33,100 nucleotides of DNA from Rickettsiaceae bacterium 4572_127 (GTDB taxonomy: Bacteria; Pseudomonadota; Alphaproteobacteria; Rs-D84; NBLK01): contig NBLK01000008.1 in the NCBI GenBank assembly GCA_002084505.1, positions 1-33,100 on the forward strand, given 5' to 3'. The notes below the pieces were generated by a model that was not told where the DNA came from, made no database searches, and was given only the letters and a program-made list of their open reading frames with translations. The translations under genes were made by a program, and so were the position numbers. This document shows positions 17,126 to 25,197 of the stretch, piece after piece; the first letter of the stretch is position 1; each line of letters begins with the position of its first letter.

Positions 17126-17443
17126 ATGGTTAATATGGCAAACTTGGTAAAACAAGCGAAAGAAATGCAAGAAAAAGTTGCTAAGGCACAAGAGCAATTA
17201 GCAAACGAAACTGTTGTCGGAACTGCTGGCGGTGGCTTAGTTGAAGTTATAATGAACGGACGAAAATTCGTTGAAGACATTAAAATTAAAACAGAAGCAA
17301 TGGCTAATAAAGAAGAACTGACAGACTTATTAGTTGCAGCATGTCGTGATGCAGCGGAAAAAGCAGATGCTCTTACAGAAAAAAGATTAGAAGACTCTAC
17401 TGGCGGATTTAACCTTCCAAAAGGTGTTTCGTTCCCAGTATAA
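17126..17443 (+). CDS. ybaB: YbaB/EbfC nucleoid-associated protein
   Basis: 105 aa. NLVKQAKEMQEKVAKAQEQLANETVVGTAGGGLVEVIMNG is the YbaB signature. Confidence 0.9.
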   Translation: MVNMANLVKQAKEMQEKVAKAQEQLANETVVGTAGGGLVEVIMNGRKFVEDIKIKTEAMANKEELTDLLVAACRDAAEKADALTEKRLEDSTGGFNLPKGVSFPV

Positions 17444-17444
17444 T

Positions 17445-18407
17445 ATGAAAAGCACTAGAAACAAAACATTAATCTGCAGTGAAGAAGAAATTTCAAGATT
17501 AGGGGAATTATTAATAACTCCCTCTAATTTTGTAAATAAAGCTATTTTAGACAAAATTATAAATGGTGATTTTTTTGAATCTATCAAGTTGATAAAAGAT
17601 AATTCTATAAATCTTTTAGTCATGGATCCACCTTATAATCTAACAAAAGATTATAATGGTGAAAAATTTAAAAAAACCTCTGATGATGAATATAGTTTGT
17701 GGTTTCAAAAAGTTATAAAAGAGTTAAAGCCTAAGTTGACTAAAAATGCCACTGTTTATGTTTGCTCCGATTGGAAAACTTCCTGTTTAATTGAACCTAT
17801 TTTATCTAAAAATTTCTTAATACAAAATAGAATTACTTGGGAAAGAGAAAAAGGTCGTGGATGTCAAAATAACTGGAAAAACAACACCGAGGACATTTGG
17901 TTTTGCACAAATACTAATGATTATTATTTTAATGTAAATGCGGTGAAATTAAAAAAACAAGTTATCGCTCCATATAAAGATAAAGATGGAAAAGCCAAAG
18001 ATTGGACTGAAACTAATGGGCAGGCTTTTAGACTAACTTATCCTTCTAATATACTAACAGATATAACTATTCCTTTTTGGTCTATGCCTGAGAATACAAA
18101 ACACCCAACACAAAAACCTGAAAAATTAATTGCTAAATTGGTTTTAGCTAGCTCAAAAGAAGATGATATTATTTTAGATCCATTTTTAGGTAGTGGAACA
18201 ACGGCAGTCGTCTGTAAAAAACTAAATAGAAAATTTATTGGAATAGAAGTAAACAAGGAATATGCTTGTCTTGGTCTTAAAAGATTAGAAATTGCTGAAA
18301 CTGACAATGCAATTCAAGGGTATGAAGGCGGTGTTTTTTGGGAAAGAAACAGTAAAAATAATACAAAAAAACGAGTAAAAAAAACACAACAAGGGAAGCT
18401 CTTATGA
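17445..18407 (+). CDS. Beta-class N6A/N4C DNA methyltransferase (R-M system 2)
   Basis: LLVMDPPYN (motif IV), then HPTQKPEKL, then DPFLGSGTT (motif I). ATG 17445 lies 1 nt after the ybaB stop. The tracked start at 17424 would overlap ybaB. Confidence 0.85.
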   Translation: MKSTRNKTLICSEEEISRLGELLITPSNFVNKAILDKIINGDFFESIKLIKDNSINLLVMDPPYNLTKDYNGEKFKKTSDDEYSLWFQKVIKELKPKLTKNATVYVCSDWKTSCLIEPILSKNFLIQNRITWEREKGRGCQNNWKNNTEDIWFCTNTNDYYFNVNAVKLKKQVIAPYKDKDGKAKDWTETNGQAFRLTYPSNILTDITIPFWSMPENTKHPTQKPEKLIAKLVLASSKEDDIILDPFLGSGTTAVVCKKLNRKFIGIEVNKEYACLGLKRLEIAETDNAIQGYEGGVFWERNSKNNTKKRVKKTQQGKLL

Positions 18408-19069
18408 AAAAAAGTATTTTTTATGAAAACAATTATAGAAAATTAGAAAGCAAAATAAAAGATTTTCTAAACAATTACGATTTTGTTCTAAATGAAGCTA
18501 TGGCTGACACACGAGCCGTTGGTGGGTTAATTGAGAAAGTGTTAAAAGACAATTTTGAGCTTATCTTAAAAGACTTTTGCAAAAGATATGACACATCTTT
18601 TTCAAGAAGAGCGATGGCTGATTTTGCTTTCTTAGATAAGAATGACTTTTTTGTTATAGTTGATTCAAAAACACATAGAGAAGACACTAAATTTAATATG
18701 CCCAATTTAACATCCGTTGATAGGTTGTCGCGATTTTATGAAGAAGACACAAATGTTTTTTCGATTTTAATGGTAAAATATACAATAAAAAACAACAAAT
18801 TGAAGATAAAAAAAATTCATTTTATTCCTATTGAATTTTTAGATTGGGGTTGCTTAACAATCGGCGCCTTAGGATTCGGTCAAATCCAAATAAAAAATTC
18901 TAATAAGATAAAAATAAATTATAGCTATTCTAGAAAAGTTTGGATGCTTGAATTCTTTGAGGTTCTTCTTAATTTTTATCCAAAAGAAATTATTAAAATA
19001 AATAGTAGAATTCAACTTTTTGAAGAACGAAAAGAAACTTGGAAAAACAAAAAAGATATTTGGAAATAA
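18404..19069 (+). CDS. Putative type II restriction endonuclease partner (PD-(D/E)xK-like), no recognisable family
   Basis: ATGA overlap with the methyltransferase stop. Candidate catalytic arrangement ADFAF...FVIVDSK (D...D-x-K). Confidence 0.45.
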   Translation: MKKSIFYENNYRKLESKIKDFLNNYDFVLNEAMADTRAVGGLIEKVLKDNFELILKDFCKRYDTSFSRRAMADFAFLDKNDFFVIVDSKTHREDTKFNMPNLTSVDRLSRFYEEDTNVFSILMVKYTIKNNKLKIKKIHFIPIEFLDWGCLTIGALGFGQIQIKNSNKIKINYSYSRKVWMLEFFEVLLNFYPKEIIKINSRIQLFEERKETWKNKKDIWK

Positions 19070-19130
19070 TAGTGGATTTTTTTATTTCTATTTTGTAAAA
19101 TAATTAAACTAATCATGTAAAAAGGAGAAA

Positions 19131-19670
19131 ATTATAGCTACTTATCAAAAAAATCGTCTCAAAAGAGACACAGGACCAAATCGCAACAACTCAATTCGGG
19201 CAAAGGAAGTTCAGCTCATAGATGCTAGTGGAACAAATCACGGAACTATTTCAAAATTTGATGCCCTAAAAATGGCAGAGGATGTCGGTTTGGATTTAGT
19301 AGAAATGTCTCCAAATAAAGAAATTCCTTTATGCAAAATTATGGATTATGGAAAGTGGAAATACACCAAAAGTAAAAAAGAAAAAGAAAATAAAAAAAAT
19401 ACCAAAGTTGTGAAAACTAAAGAAATTAAAATGCGACCTGTTACAGATACGCAAGGCTACGAAATTAAAATCAAGGCGGCTCAAAAGTTTCTTGGTCAAG
19501 GGCATAAAGTTAAAGTCACTGTTCGTTTTCGCGGTCGTGAGTTGGCCTTTAAGCAACGAGGTTATGATTTGTTGAAGAAATTCCAAGATGATTTAGCTCA
19601 AAATTTTAAGATTGAAAAATATGCTAATATGGAAGGTCGCCAGCTTTCTTTAGTTATAGCTCCGGCTTAA
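19131..19670 (+). CDS. infC: Translation initiation factor IF-3, non-canonical ATT (or ATA 19134) start
   Basis: The frame is open from 19113. Upstream of the tracked Met it reads NRNNSIRAKEVQLIDASGTNHGTISKFDALKMAEDVGLDLVEMSP, the conserved IF-3 N-domain. AAGGAG lies at 19122-19127. There is no in-frame ATG/GTG/TTG before 19272. Confidence 0.9.
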   Translation: MIATYQKNRLKRDTGPNRNNSIRAKEVQLIDASGTNHGTISKFDALKMAEDVGLDLVEMSPNKEIPLCKIMDYGKWKYTKSKKEKENKKNTKVVKTKEIKMRPVTDTQGYEIKIKAAQKFLGQGHKVKVTVRFRGRELAFKQRGYDLLKKFQDDLAQNFKIEKYANMEGRQLSLVIAPA

Positions 19671-20209
19671 ATTATAAAATCTAAGTTATCGATTGTTCCT
19701 TTTGAAGCACGGATATTTACTGTTATTATTACTAATAAATCCTCTGGATTTGTAGCATTCAACCAATGGCTTGTGTTTACAGAAAGCTTTGTTACGAGAC
19801 TATCATCGTCTAATAATACAAAAAACTTCCCCCCTTTTTCAGCACTCTCAGGAATTTCATGTTGATTTTGTGGTCGTCGTAATCCGTCTAAAAGCGTTTT
19901 CATTCTGTTATCAATATCAGCTCGTGGAGTTCCTAAAAGCTCAGGATGAAGCAACTGAACATCTAGCTCCGCCAGCAAATGTAAGGAAGGAGAAATCACA
20001 GGAATAAAATCAATGCCCTGCATGTGCCTTGCTATGTCCTTTTTTTTCTGCCCTTTTCCAGTCATAAAATCTTTAATTTTTGAGTAAGGAGGAATCTCTA
20101 AAAGCTTTTCTAGTTGCGAAGACAACTGCTTGCGAATAGCATGGATATGCTGAGCTCGTTTTTTAGGATGAATCTTAACCTCACCACGATAAATTAATTT
20201 GAATTTCAT
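19667..20209 (-). CDS. RusA-like (Holliday-junction-resolvase-fold) protein, atypically long
   Basis: RADIDNRMKTLLDGL and LLDDDSLVTKLSV match the RusA motifs D-L-D-N-x2-K-x3-D-x-L and DD-x2-V. 180 aa, compared with about 120 aa for classical RusA. AAGGAG Shine-Dalgarno upstream. Confidence 0.4.
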   Translation of the reverse strand: MKFKLIYRGEVKIHPKKRAQHIHAIRKQLSSQLEKLLEIPPYSKIKDFMTGKGQKKKDIARHMQGIDFIPVISPSLHLLAELDVQLLHPELLGTPRADIDNRMKTLLDGLRRPQNQHEIPESAEKGGKFFVLLDDDSLVTKLSVNTSHWLNATNPEDLLVIITVNIRASKGTIDNLDFII

Positions 20210-20227
20210 TTTTTCTCCTTTTTTAGA

Positions 20228-20238
20228 AGTATATCACA
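20228..20238 (-). promoter_or_regulatory. Extended -10 box TGTGATATACT upstream of the RusA-like gene
   Basis: Reverse complement of AGTATATCACA. Identical 11-mers lie at 31232-31242 (+) and 29361-29371 (-). Confidence 0.4.
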
Positions 20239-20273
20239 TTTAGGAAAAAGAATAAAGGGTTTTCTAAAAAACA

Positions 20274-20295
20274 TAGACCTAGTGTTATAGGTCTA
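20274..20295. promoter_or_regulatory. 22-bp palindrome TAGACCTA-GTGTTA-TAGGTCTA (operator and/or terminator hairpin)
   Basis: Lies 10 nt past the wHTH gene stop and is followed on the minus strand by TGTTTTTT. An inverted near-identical copy lies at 20602-20623. Confidence 0.45.
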
Positions 20296-20304
20296 TTGAA
20301 AAAA

Positions 20305-20580
20305 CTACACCAACTCTTTCATTGCTTGTTGTGTTTGCTTAATTAAATCAAGATTAACAGAAATGTATATATATAAACTTTTCCTCTTTTCTTTTTTTAT
20401 TAAATTTGCTTTTACTAGCTCATTCAAATGAAACCTCATGGATTCTTTTGGAATCCCCAATTCCTTTGAAAGAAAAATACTTGTTGTTGTTTTCAATTTC
20501 GAATCGTTTATTTTTTTTAGAATCTTAATTCTTCTATAATAACCAAGTGCCTTAAAAACCTTAATGTAATTTTGTTTCAT
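20305..20580 (-). CDS. ArsR-like winged-helix transcriptional regulator
   Basis: 91 aa. FKALGYYRRIKILKKI...LSKELGIPKESMRFHLNELVKANLI fits the ArsR/SmtB HTH pattern. Confidence 0.55.
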   Translation of the reverse strand: MKQNYIKVFKALGYYRRIKILKKINDSKLKTTTSIFLSKELGIPKESMRFHLNELVKANLIKKEKRKSLYIYISVNLDLIKQTQQAMKELV

Positions 20581-20601
20581 TTTTCCCCTTTTGTTTTTTT
20601 C

Positions 20602-20623
20602 TAAACCTATAACACTAGGTCTA
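20602..20623. promoter_or_regulatory. Inverted copy of the 22-bp palindrome, between a candidate promoter and the wHTH gene start
   Basis: TAAACCTATAACACTAGGTCTA is the reverse complement of 20274-20295 with one mismatch. On the minus strand it follows TTTACA-17 nt-TTTAGT. Confidence 0.4.
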
Positions 20624-20769
20624 TACCCTTAATGACTAAAATGCAAGTTAAAAATAATGTAAACCGTTTTTTTAAGGCAAACACAAGGGATTGCCCCTAC
20701 AATAATATATTTTGTGCGGAACATTTCCGTTATTTTCAGTTTTGAAAAAAAGCAATCACCGTTCGTTAT

Positions 20770-22197
20770 CTATAATTTCCCTTCTAAATGAAGTGCAACG
20801 AGTTGTTTCGCCTCCATCGCAAATTCATGTGGAAGCAGTGATAAAATATCTTTGCAGAATCCATTTACAATCAAAGCAGTTGCGGAGTCTTCATCCATCC
20901 CACGAGATTTTAGATAAAAAAGTTGCTCAGGATTTATCCGACTCGTCGATGCCTCATGTGTTATTGAAGAAGAATAATTTTGGCAGATATTCGTCGGCAA
21001 AGTATGTCCGCCTGCCTTATCTCCAATTATCAAATTATCACACTCAATCATAGCCGTAGAATTTTCCGCAGATTTTTTTATATCTACTAAACCCCGATAA
21101 GTTTGTGTCGAATTCCCAGCCGAAATGCCCTTTGAGACAATTCTAGAATTTGTATTTTTCCCAATGTGAATCATTTTCGTTCCCGTATCTGCCTCTTGTT
21201 TGTGATTAGTCATTGCCACGGAAAAAAAATCTCCTTTCGCACGATCGCCCTTCAAAAGACAAGATGGATATTTCCAAGTGTATCGCGAACCAACCTCTAA
21301 TTGCGTCCATCGAACATAAGCATCTTCTTCAACTTTTGCTCGTTTTGTAACGAAATTAAAAATCCCCCCAACTCCATTTTTATCCCCGCCATACCAATTT
21401 TGAACAGTAGAATAAAACACTTTCGATTTTGGCTTTGCGATTATTTCAACTATGCCCGCATGAAATTGATTTTCGCTATATGCAGGAGCGGAACAACCCT
21501 CTAAATAAGACACCTCCGCTCCATCTTCTACAATAATTAGAGTTCTCTCAAACTGTCCAACTGCCTTTGTATTCAGCCGAAAATAAGTGGAAAGCTCAAT
21601 CGGACACTTCACTCCTTTTGGAATGTAAACAAAAGTCCCATCGGAAAAAACAGCAGTATTTAATGTTGCATAAAAATTATCAGCCATCGGAACGACAGAT
21701 AAAAAATGCTCCAAAACTAAATCTAAATGATTTTGAATCGCATCCGAAAAAGAACAAAAAATAATTCCGTGTTTTTCTAATTCTGCTCTGTATGTTGTAG
21801 CGACAGATTGAGAATCAATGACAGCATCAACAGCGATTCCCGAAAGCATTTTTTGCTCTTCAAGTGGAACACCTAGTCGTTTATAAATTTCTAAGATTTT
21901 CGGATCAACTTCGTCTAAATTTTTCGTTGTGTTTTTCTTAGGAGTTGAAAAGTAAGAATAATTTTGATAATTAATTTTTGGATAATTAAAAGCTGACCAA
22001 TGAGGTTCAGACATTTTTTTCCACATAGAAAAAGCTTTTAAGCGAATATCTAAAATTTCTTTTGGTTCTTTTTTTATAGCAGAAATTTTTCTAATTACAG
22101 ATTCGTCTAAGCCTTTAGGAAACGCTTCTGTCTCTAAAATAGGGGCTTCTTTTTGAAAATTAGCCGAAGAAAGTTTTTGTTTTATTTTGCTATCCAT
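20770..22197 (-). CDS. sufB: Fe-S cluster assembly protein SufB
   Basis: 475 aa. FNFVTKRA, TQLEVGS, HIGKNT, SKGIS and EASTS..I..EQLFYL..RG match SufB. No sufC follows. Confidence 0.9.
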   Translation of the reverse strand: MDSKIKQKLSSANFQKEAPILETEAFPKGLDESVIRKISAIKKEPKEILDIRLKAFSMWKKMSEPHWSAFNYPKINYQNYSYFSTPKKNTTKNLDEVDPKILEIYKRLGVPLEEQKMLSGIAVDAVIDSQSVATTYRAELEKHGIIFCSFSDAIQNHLDLVLEHFLSVVPMADNFYATLNTAVFSDGTFVYIPKGVKCPIELSTYFRLNTKAVGQFERTLIIVEDGAEVSYLEGCSAPAYSENQFHAGIVEIIAKPKSKVFYSTVQNWYGGDKNGVGGIFNFVTKRAKVEEDAYVRWTQLEVGSRYTWKYPSCLLKGDRAKGDFFSVAMTNHKQEADTGTKMIHIGKNTNSRIVSKGISAGNSTQTYRGLVDIKKSAENSTAMIECDNLIIGDKAGGHTLPTNICQNYSSSITHEASTSRINPEQLFYLKSRGMDEDSATALIVNGFCKDILSLLPHEFAMEAKQLVALHLEGKL

Positions 22198-22237
22198 AAA
22201 CAGACTTTATGATTTTTTTATCAAAAAAACAAGTGAT

Positions 22238-22621
22238 TTATGTCGGACAATCACCAACCACAAGCATCACTGCATAGAAAAAATACCCAGCATTTATCAA
22301 GACATACGCAATAATTGACATTGTTTTAACTTTGTTGGAAAATTTGCTAATAAAAATTTGTCTAAAAATAAAAAAGAGAGAAATCACTAGAGCTAAAATA
22401 AATATTTTATAATTTATTGTAGAAGCTAAAGAACAACTTGGCAAATACCAAAATTTAGACCAATTTCCAATAAAATTAATCTGATATACAGCTAGCAAAA
22501 AAGAAGATAAATTAAAAAATAAAAAATAAAATCTTTTTTTATCAAAAAAATTTCTTGAAAAATAAATTGCAAAAAAAATTACAATAATCGGAATTAATAA
22601 AATAGGTAAAATACTAATCAT
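22238..22621 (-). CDS. Small polytopic membrane protein, unknown function
   Basis: 127 aa with about four hydrophobic segments. Starts 6 nt after the dnaN stop. Confidence 0.45.
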   Translation of the reverse strand: MISILPILLIPIIVIFFAIYFSRNFFDKKRFYFLFFNLSSFLLAVYQINFIGNWSKFWYLPSCSLASTINYKIFILALVISLFFIFRQIFISKFSNKVKTMSIIAYVLINAGYFFYAVMLVVGDCPT

Positions 22622-22626
22622 TTTAC

Positions 22627-23733
22627 TTATAATCTCAATGGCATTATCACATATAGAAAATGATCATTGCCTTTTTCTTTCATAATTGCAGGAGCCGTGC
22701 TATTTGCAAGCGAGAATTCTAGCTCTTCTGTTTCAACTTGATTAGTCATATCTAATAATTTTTTGTAATTAAACAAAATTTCAATCGTCTCTCCGTCATA
22801 ACTTGCTACCATTTCTTCTGTTCCTGTTCCTGCCTCAGGAGAATTAGCAGTTAAAGTCAAAGAATCTTTTTCAATTATCATTTTAACAGCTTGAAATTTA
22901 TCAATAGAGACCGACGACATTCTAGCAACACAATTTTTAAACTTAGCAGTATTTACAATCAATTTTTTATCGTTTCCTTTTGGAATAACAGCTAAATAAT
23001 TTGGATATTTTCCATCTATCAACTTAGAGGTCATTGTCGCATTTTCAAATAAAAATCTTGTTTTTGTTTCTGAAACTTCAACTGTTATGTCTTTATCTGA
23101 TGAATCTAAAAATTTTCTTAGTTCCGCAATAACTTGTTTAGGAACAATAACGCTTGGCATTCCCTTTGAACCTTCTGGCGCAGGCACATCGTAAATTGCT
23201 AATCGCCCTCCATCTGTTGCAGAAGATCTCAGTAAATTTTGTCCGTCTTTTTCAACAACATGTAAATAAATACCGTTCAAATAATATCTTGTTTCTTCAT
23301 TTGAAACAGCAAATTTAGTTTTATCGATTAAAGAGATTAAATCGTCAGGTGAAATTTTAAACTTAAATGGCAAAGAAGTTCCTGACATCATTGGAAAATC
23401 GTCTGCAGGCAACATAGGAAGTGAAAACTTCGCTTTGCCAGCCGAAATAACCATTTTACCGTCTTTTGTAGCAAAAGAAACTTCGTCCTCTGTTAAAGTT
23501 CTAGCAATATCATAAAGAATATGAGCTGGAACAGTTGTTTTTCCCTCTTCTATAATCTGTGCAGGAACAGTTTCAATAGTTTCAATGTCTGTATTCGTAG
23601 TTGTAAAAACTAGATTATTTCCCGCTTCAATTTTTATATTTGTTAAAATTGGAATCGTGCTTTTTCTTTCTGCTATTGGAACAACATGTGAAAGCGATTT
23701 TAGTAGATCTTTGTGAGTAATTGTAAATTGCAT
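22627..23733 (-). CDS. dnaN: DNA polymerase III subunit beta (sliding clamp)
   Basis: 368 aa. Typical clamp N-terminus (MQFTI..DLLK.L..V...ERKSTIPIL.N) and C-terminus (YVIMPLRL). Confidence 0.95.
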   Translation of the reverse strand: MQFTITHKDLLKSLSHVVPIAERKSTIPILTNIKIEAGNNLVFTTTNTDIETIETVPAQIIEEGKTTVPAHILYDIARTLTEDEVSFATKDGKMVISAGKAKFSLPMLPADDFPMMSGTSLPFKFKISPDDLISLIDKTKFAVSNEETRYYLNGIYLHVVEKDGQNLLRSSATDGGRLAIYDVPAPEGSKGMPSVIVPKQVIAELRKFLDSSDKDITVEVSETKTRFLFENATMTSKLIDGKYPNYLAVIPKGNDKKLIVNTAKFKNCVARMSSVSIDKFQAVKMIIEKDSLTLTANSPEAGTGTEEMVASYDGETIEILFNYKKLLDMTNQVETEELEFSLANSTAPAIMKEKGNDHFLYVIMPLRL

Positions 23734-23742
23734 TTTCTATCC

Positions 23743-24033
23743 TTATTTTAGGTCTTCTTCTATTTGCTTTAATTCATCGGAAATCTCTTCTTTTTCTTCA
23801 AAATCTGGTTCTTTTGTTTCTCTGAAAGATTTGATTAAATTCTTTTCTAGTGCTAATGTGTCTATTGTGTTTTTAGCAATTTCTCTCAATGATAAGACAG
23901 GCACTCTATCCTCAACTTCTATTGTTGGAGTTTTTCCTGCATATAATTGTCTAGATCTTTGTCCTGCTAGAACAATTAGTTCATATTTATCTTTAACATT
24001 TTTTAAGCAATCGGTTATTGTAAGACGAGCCAT
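23743..24033 (-). CDS. rpoZ: RNA polymerase subunit omega
   Basis: MARLTITDCLKNVKDKYELIVLAGQRSRQL matches the RpoZ N-terminus. Confidence 0.85.
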   Translation of the reverse strand: MARLTITDCLKNVKDKYELIVLAGQRSRQLYAGKTPTIEVEDRVPVLSLREIAKNTIDTLALEKNLIKSFRETKEPDFEEKEEISDELKQIEEDLK

Positions 24034-24170
24034 AAGAATCCTTTTTTTAGTTTAATCTTACTATAAATTATTATAAAAAATAATTCAAGGAAAAAAAATA
24101 ATTCTTGCTTTCTATAGTCAAACTAATTAATTTTGTCTTATGTTTTCTTTATTTCTCTTATGAAATTCTT

Positions 24171-24324
24171 TTAAAAAAATTATCCGCACACTCGCCATCT
24201 TTTTCGGTGCTTTTCAACAATTTAAGTGAAAATGGGTCATGCCCAATTCCACTGAAACCGATTGAAAATCTCTCTAAAAATCTTGGCGATTCTGCGGACA
24301 ACCTTAATTAGCTTGACTATAATT
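24171..24324 (+). mobile_element. MITE-like element, copy 2 (R4)
   Basis: Colinear with 11651-11804. Inverted repeats ATCCGCACACTCGCC ... GGCGATTCTGCGGAC. Overlaps the non-coding 5' part of tracked ORF 24262..25197. Confidence 0.7.
24295..24323 (+). promoter_or_regulatory. Outward-facing sigma70-like promoter at the right end of the MITE-like element
   Basis: CGGACA (-35, 4/6), a 17-nt spacer and TATAAT (-10, 6/6), about 50 nt upstream of the dinD TTG start. The equivalent CGGACA-17-CATAAA lies at 11774-11802, upstream of the pilR-like gene. Confidence 0.4.
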
Positions 24325-24372
24325 ACGAATCAAGACATAATAAATTGTGTTAGATACAAAAAGGAGGTTGCT

Positions 24373-25197
24373 TTGACTGAAGTTAGCGATAAGAGGTATG
24401 AGTCTTTTGAAGAAATAAAGAGAATCGACAAAGACGGAAATGAGTTTTGGTTAGCGAGGGAATTGCAAAAGGTTATGGGGTATTCAGCCTTTCATAATTT
24501 TGAAACAGCAATTTCGAAGGCTAAAATAACTTGCCACGAAAATAAGGATAAGGTTGAAAAACACTTTGTGGAAAAGGTTTTTAACGACAGCGTTAAAAAC
24601 CCTAAAATAGGGGGAAGACCAAAAAAAGATTACAAATTATCTAGGTATGCTTGCTATCTTACTGCCCTTAATGGAAATCCAAAGATTTTACAAGTAGCAA
24701 AGGCTCAAAAGTATTTTGCTGTTCAAACTAGAAAAATGGAACTTACAGAAGAATATAAGTTAGAAGTGGAGCGACTAAATGCTCGTGCAAAACTTTCACA
24801 AACAGAAAAGGAGCTTTCGTCTGAGATTTACAACAAAACAAATCGTGATAAATTCGCTTTTGGCTACATTAGAAGCAAAGGCGATCAAGTTTTATTTGGT
24901 GGAAATTCAACAGCTGATATGAAGAAAAAACTTGGTGTTTCCAAAGGAAGACCTATTGCTGATTTCTTACCAACAGTTACAATTAAAGCTAAGGATTTAG
25001 CAGGAGAAATGACGAATCACAAATTAAAAACAACAGAACTAAAAGGTAAATTTCAAATCTCGAATGAACATCAATCCAACAATAAAAAAATCAGAAAAGC
25101 CCTCACAGATAGCGGGATTGTTCCTGAGGAATTGCCTTGCTCTGAGGATATAAAAAAAGTTGCAAATAGGAATAAAAACAAGTCCATTAAAAAGTAA
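24373..25197 (+). CDS. dinD: DNA-damage-inducible protein D (DinD) family
   Basis: FEEIKRIDKDGNEFWLARELQKVMGY..F.NF...ISKAK..C, DYKLSRYACYL and AQKYFAVQTR match the DinD pattern. Start set at TTG 24373, 5 nt after AAGGAGG, giving 274 aa. Confidence 0.75.
   Translation: MTEVSDKRYESFEEIKRIDKDGNEFWLARELQKVMGYSAFHNFETAISKAKITCHENKDKVEKHFVEKVFNDSVKNPKIGGRPKKDYKLSRYACYLTALNGNPKILQVAKAQKYFAVQTRKMELTEEYKLEVERLNARAKLSQTEKELSSEIYNKTNRDKFAFGYIRSKGDQVLFGGNSTADMKKKLGVSKGRPIADFLPTVTIKAKDLAGEMTNHKLKTTELKGKFQISNEHQSNNKKIRKALTDSGIVPEELPCSEDIKKVANRNKNKSIKK

Noticed and set aside
24262-24372. N-terminal extension of the dinD ORF from ATG 24262
   Set aside because: The extension runs through the MITE-like repeat. 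DinD-family similarity begins after TTG 24373, which has a well-spaced AAGGAGG.
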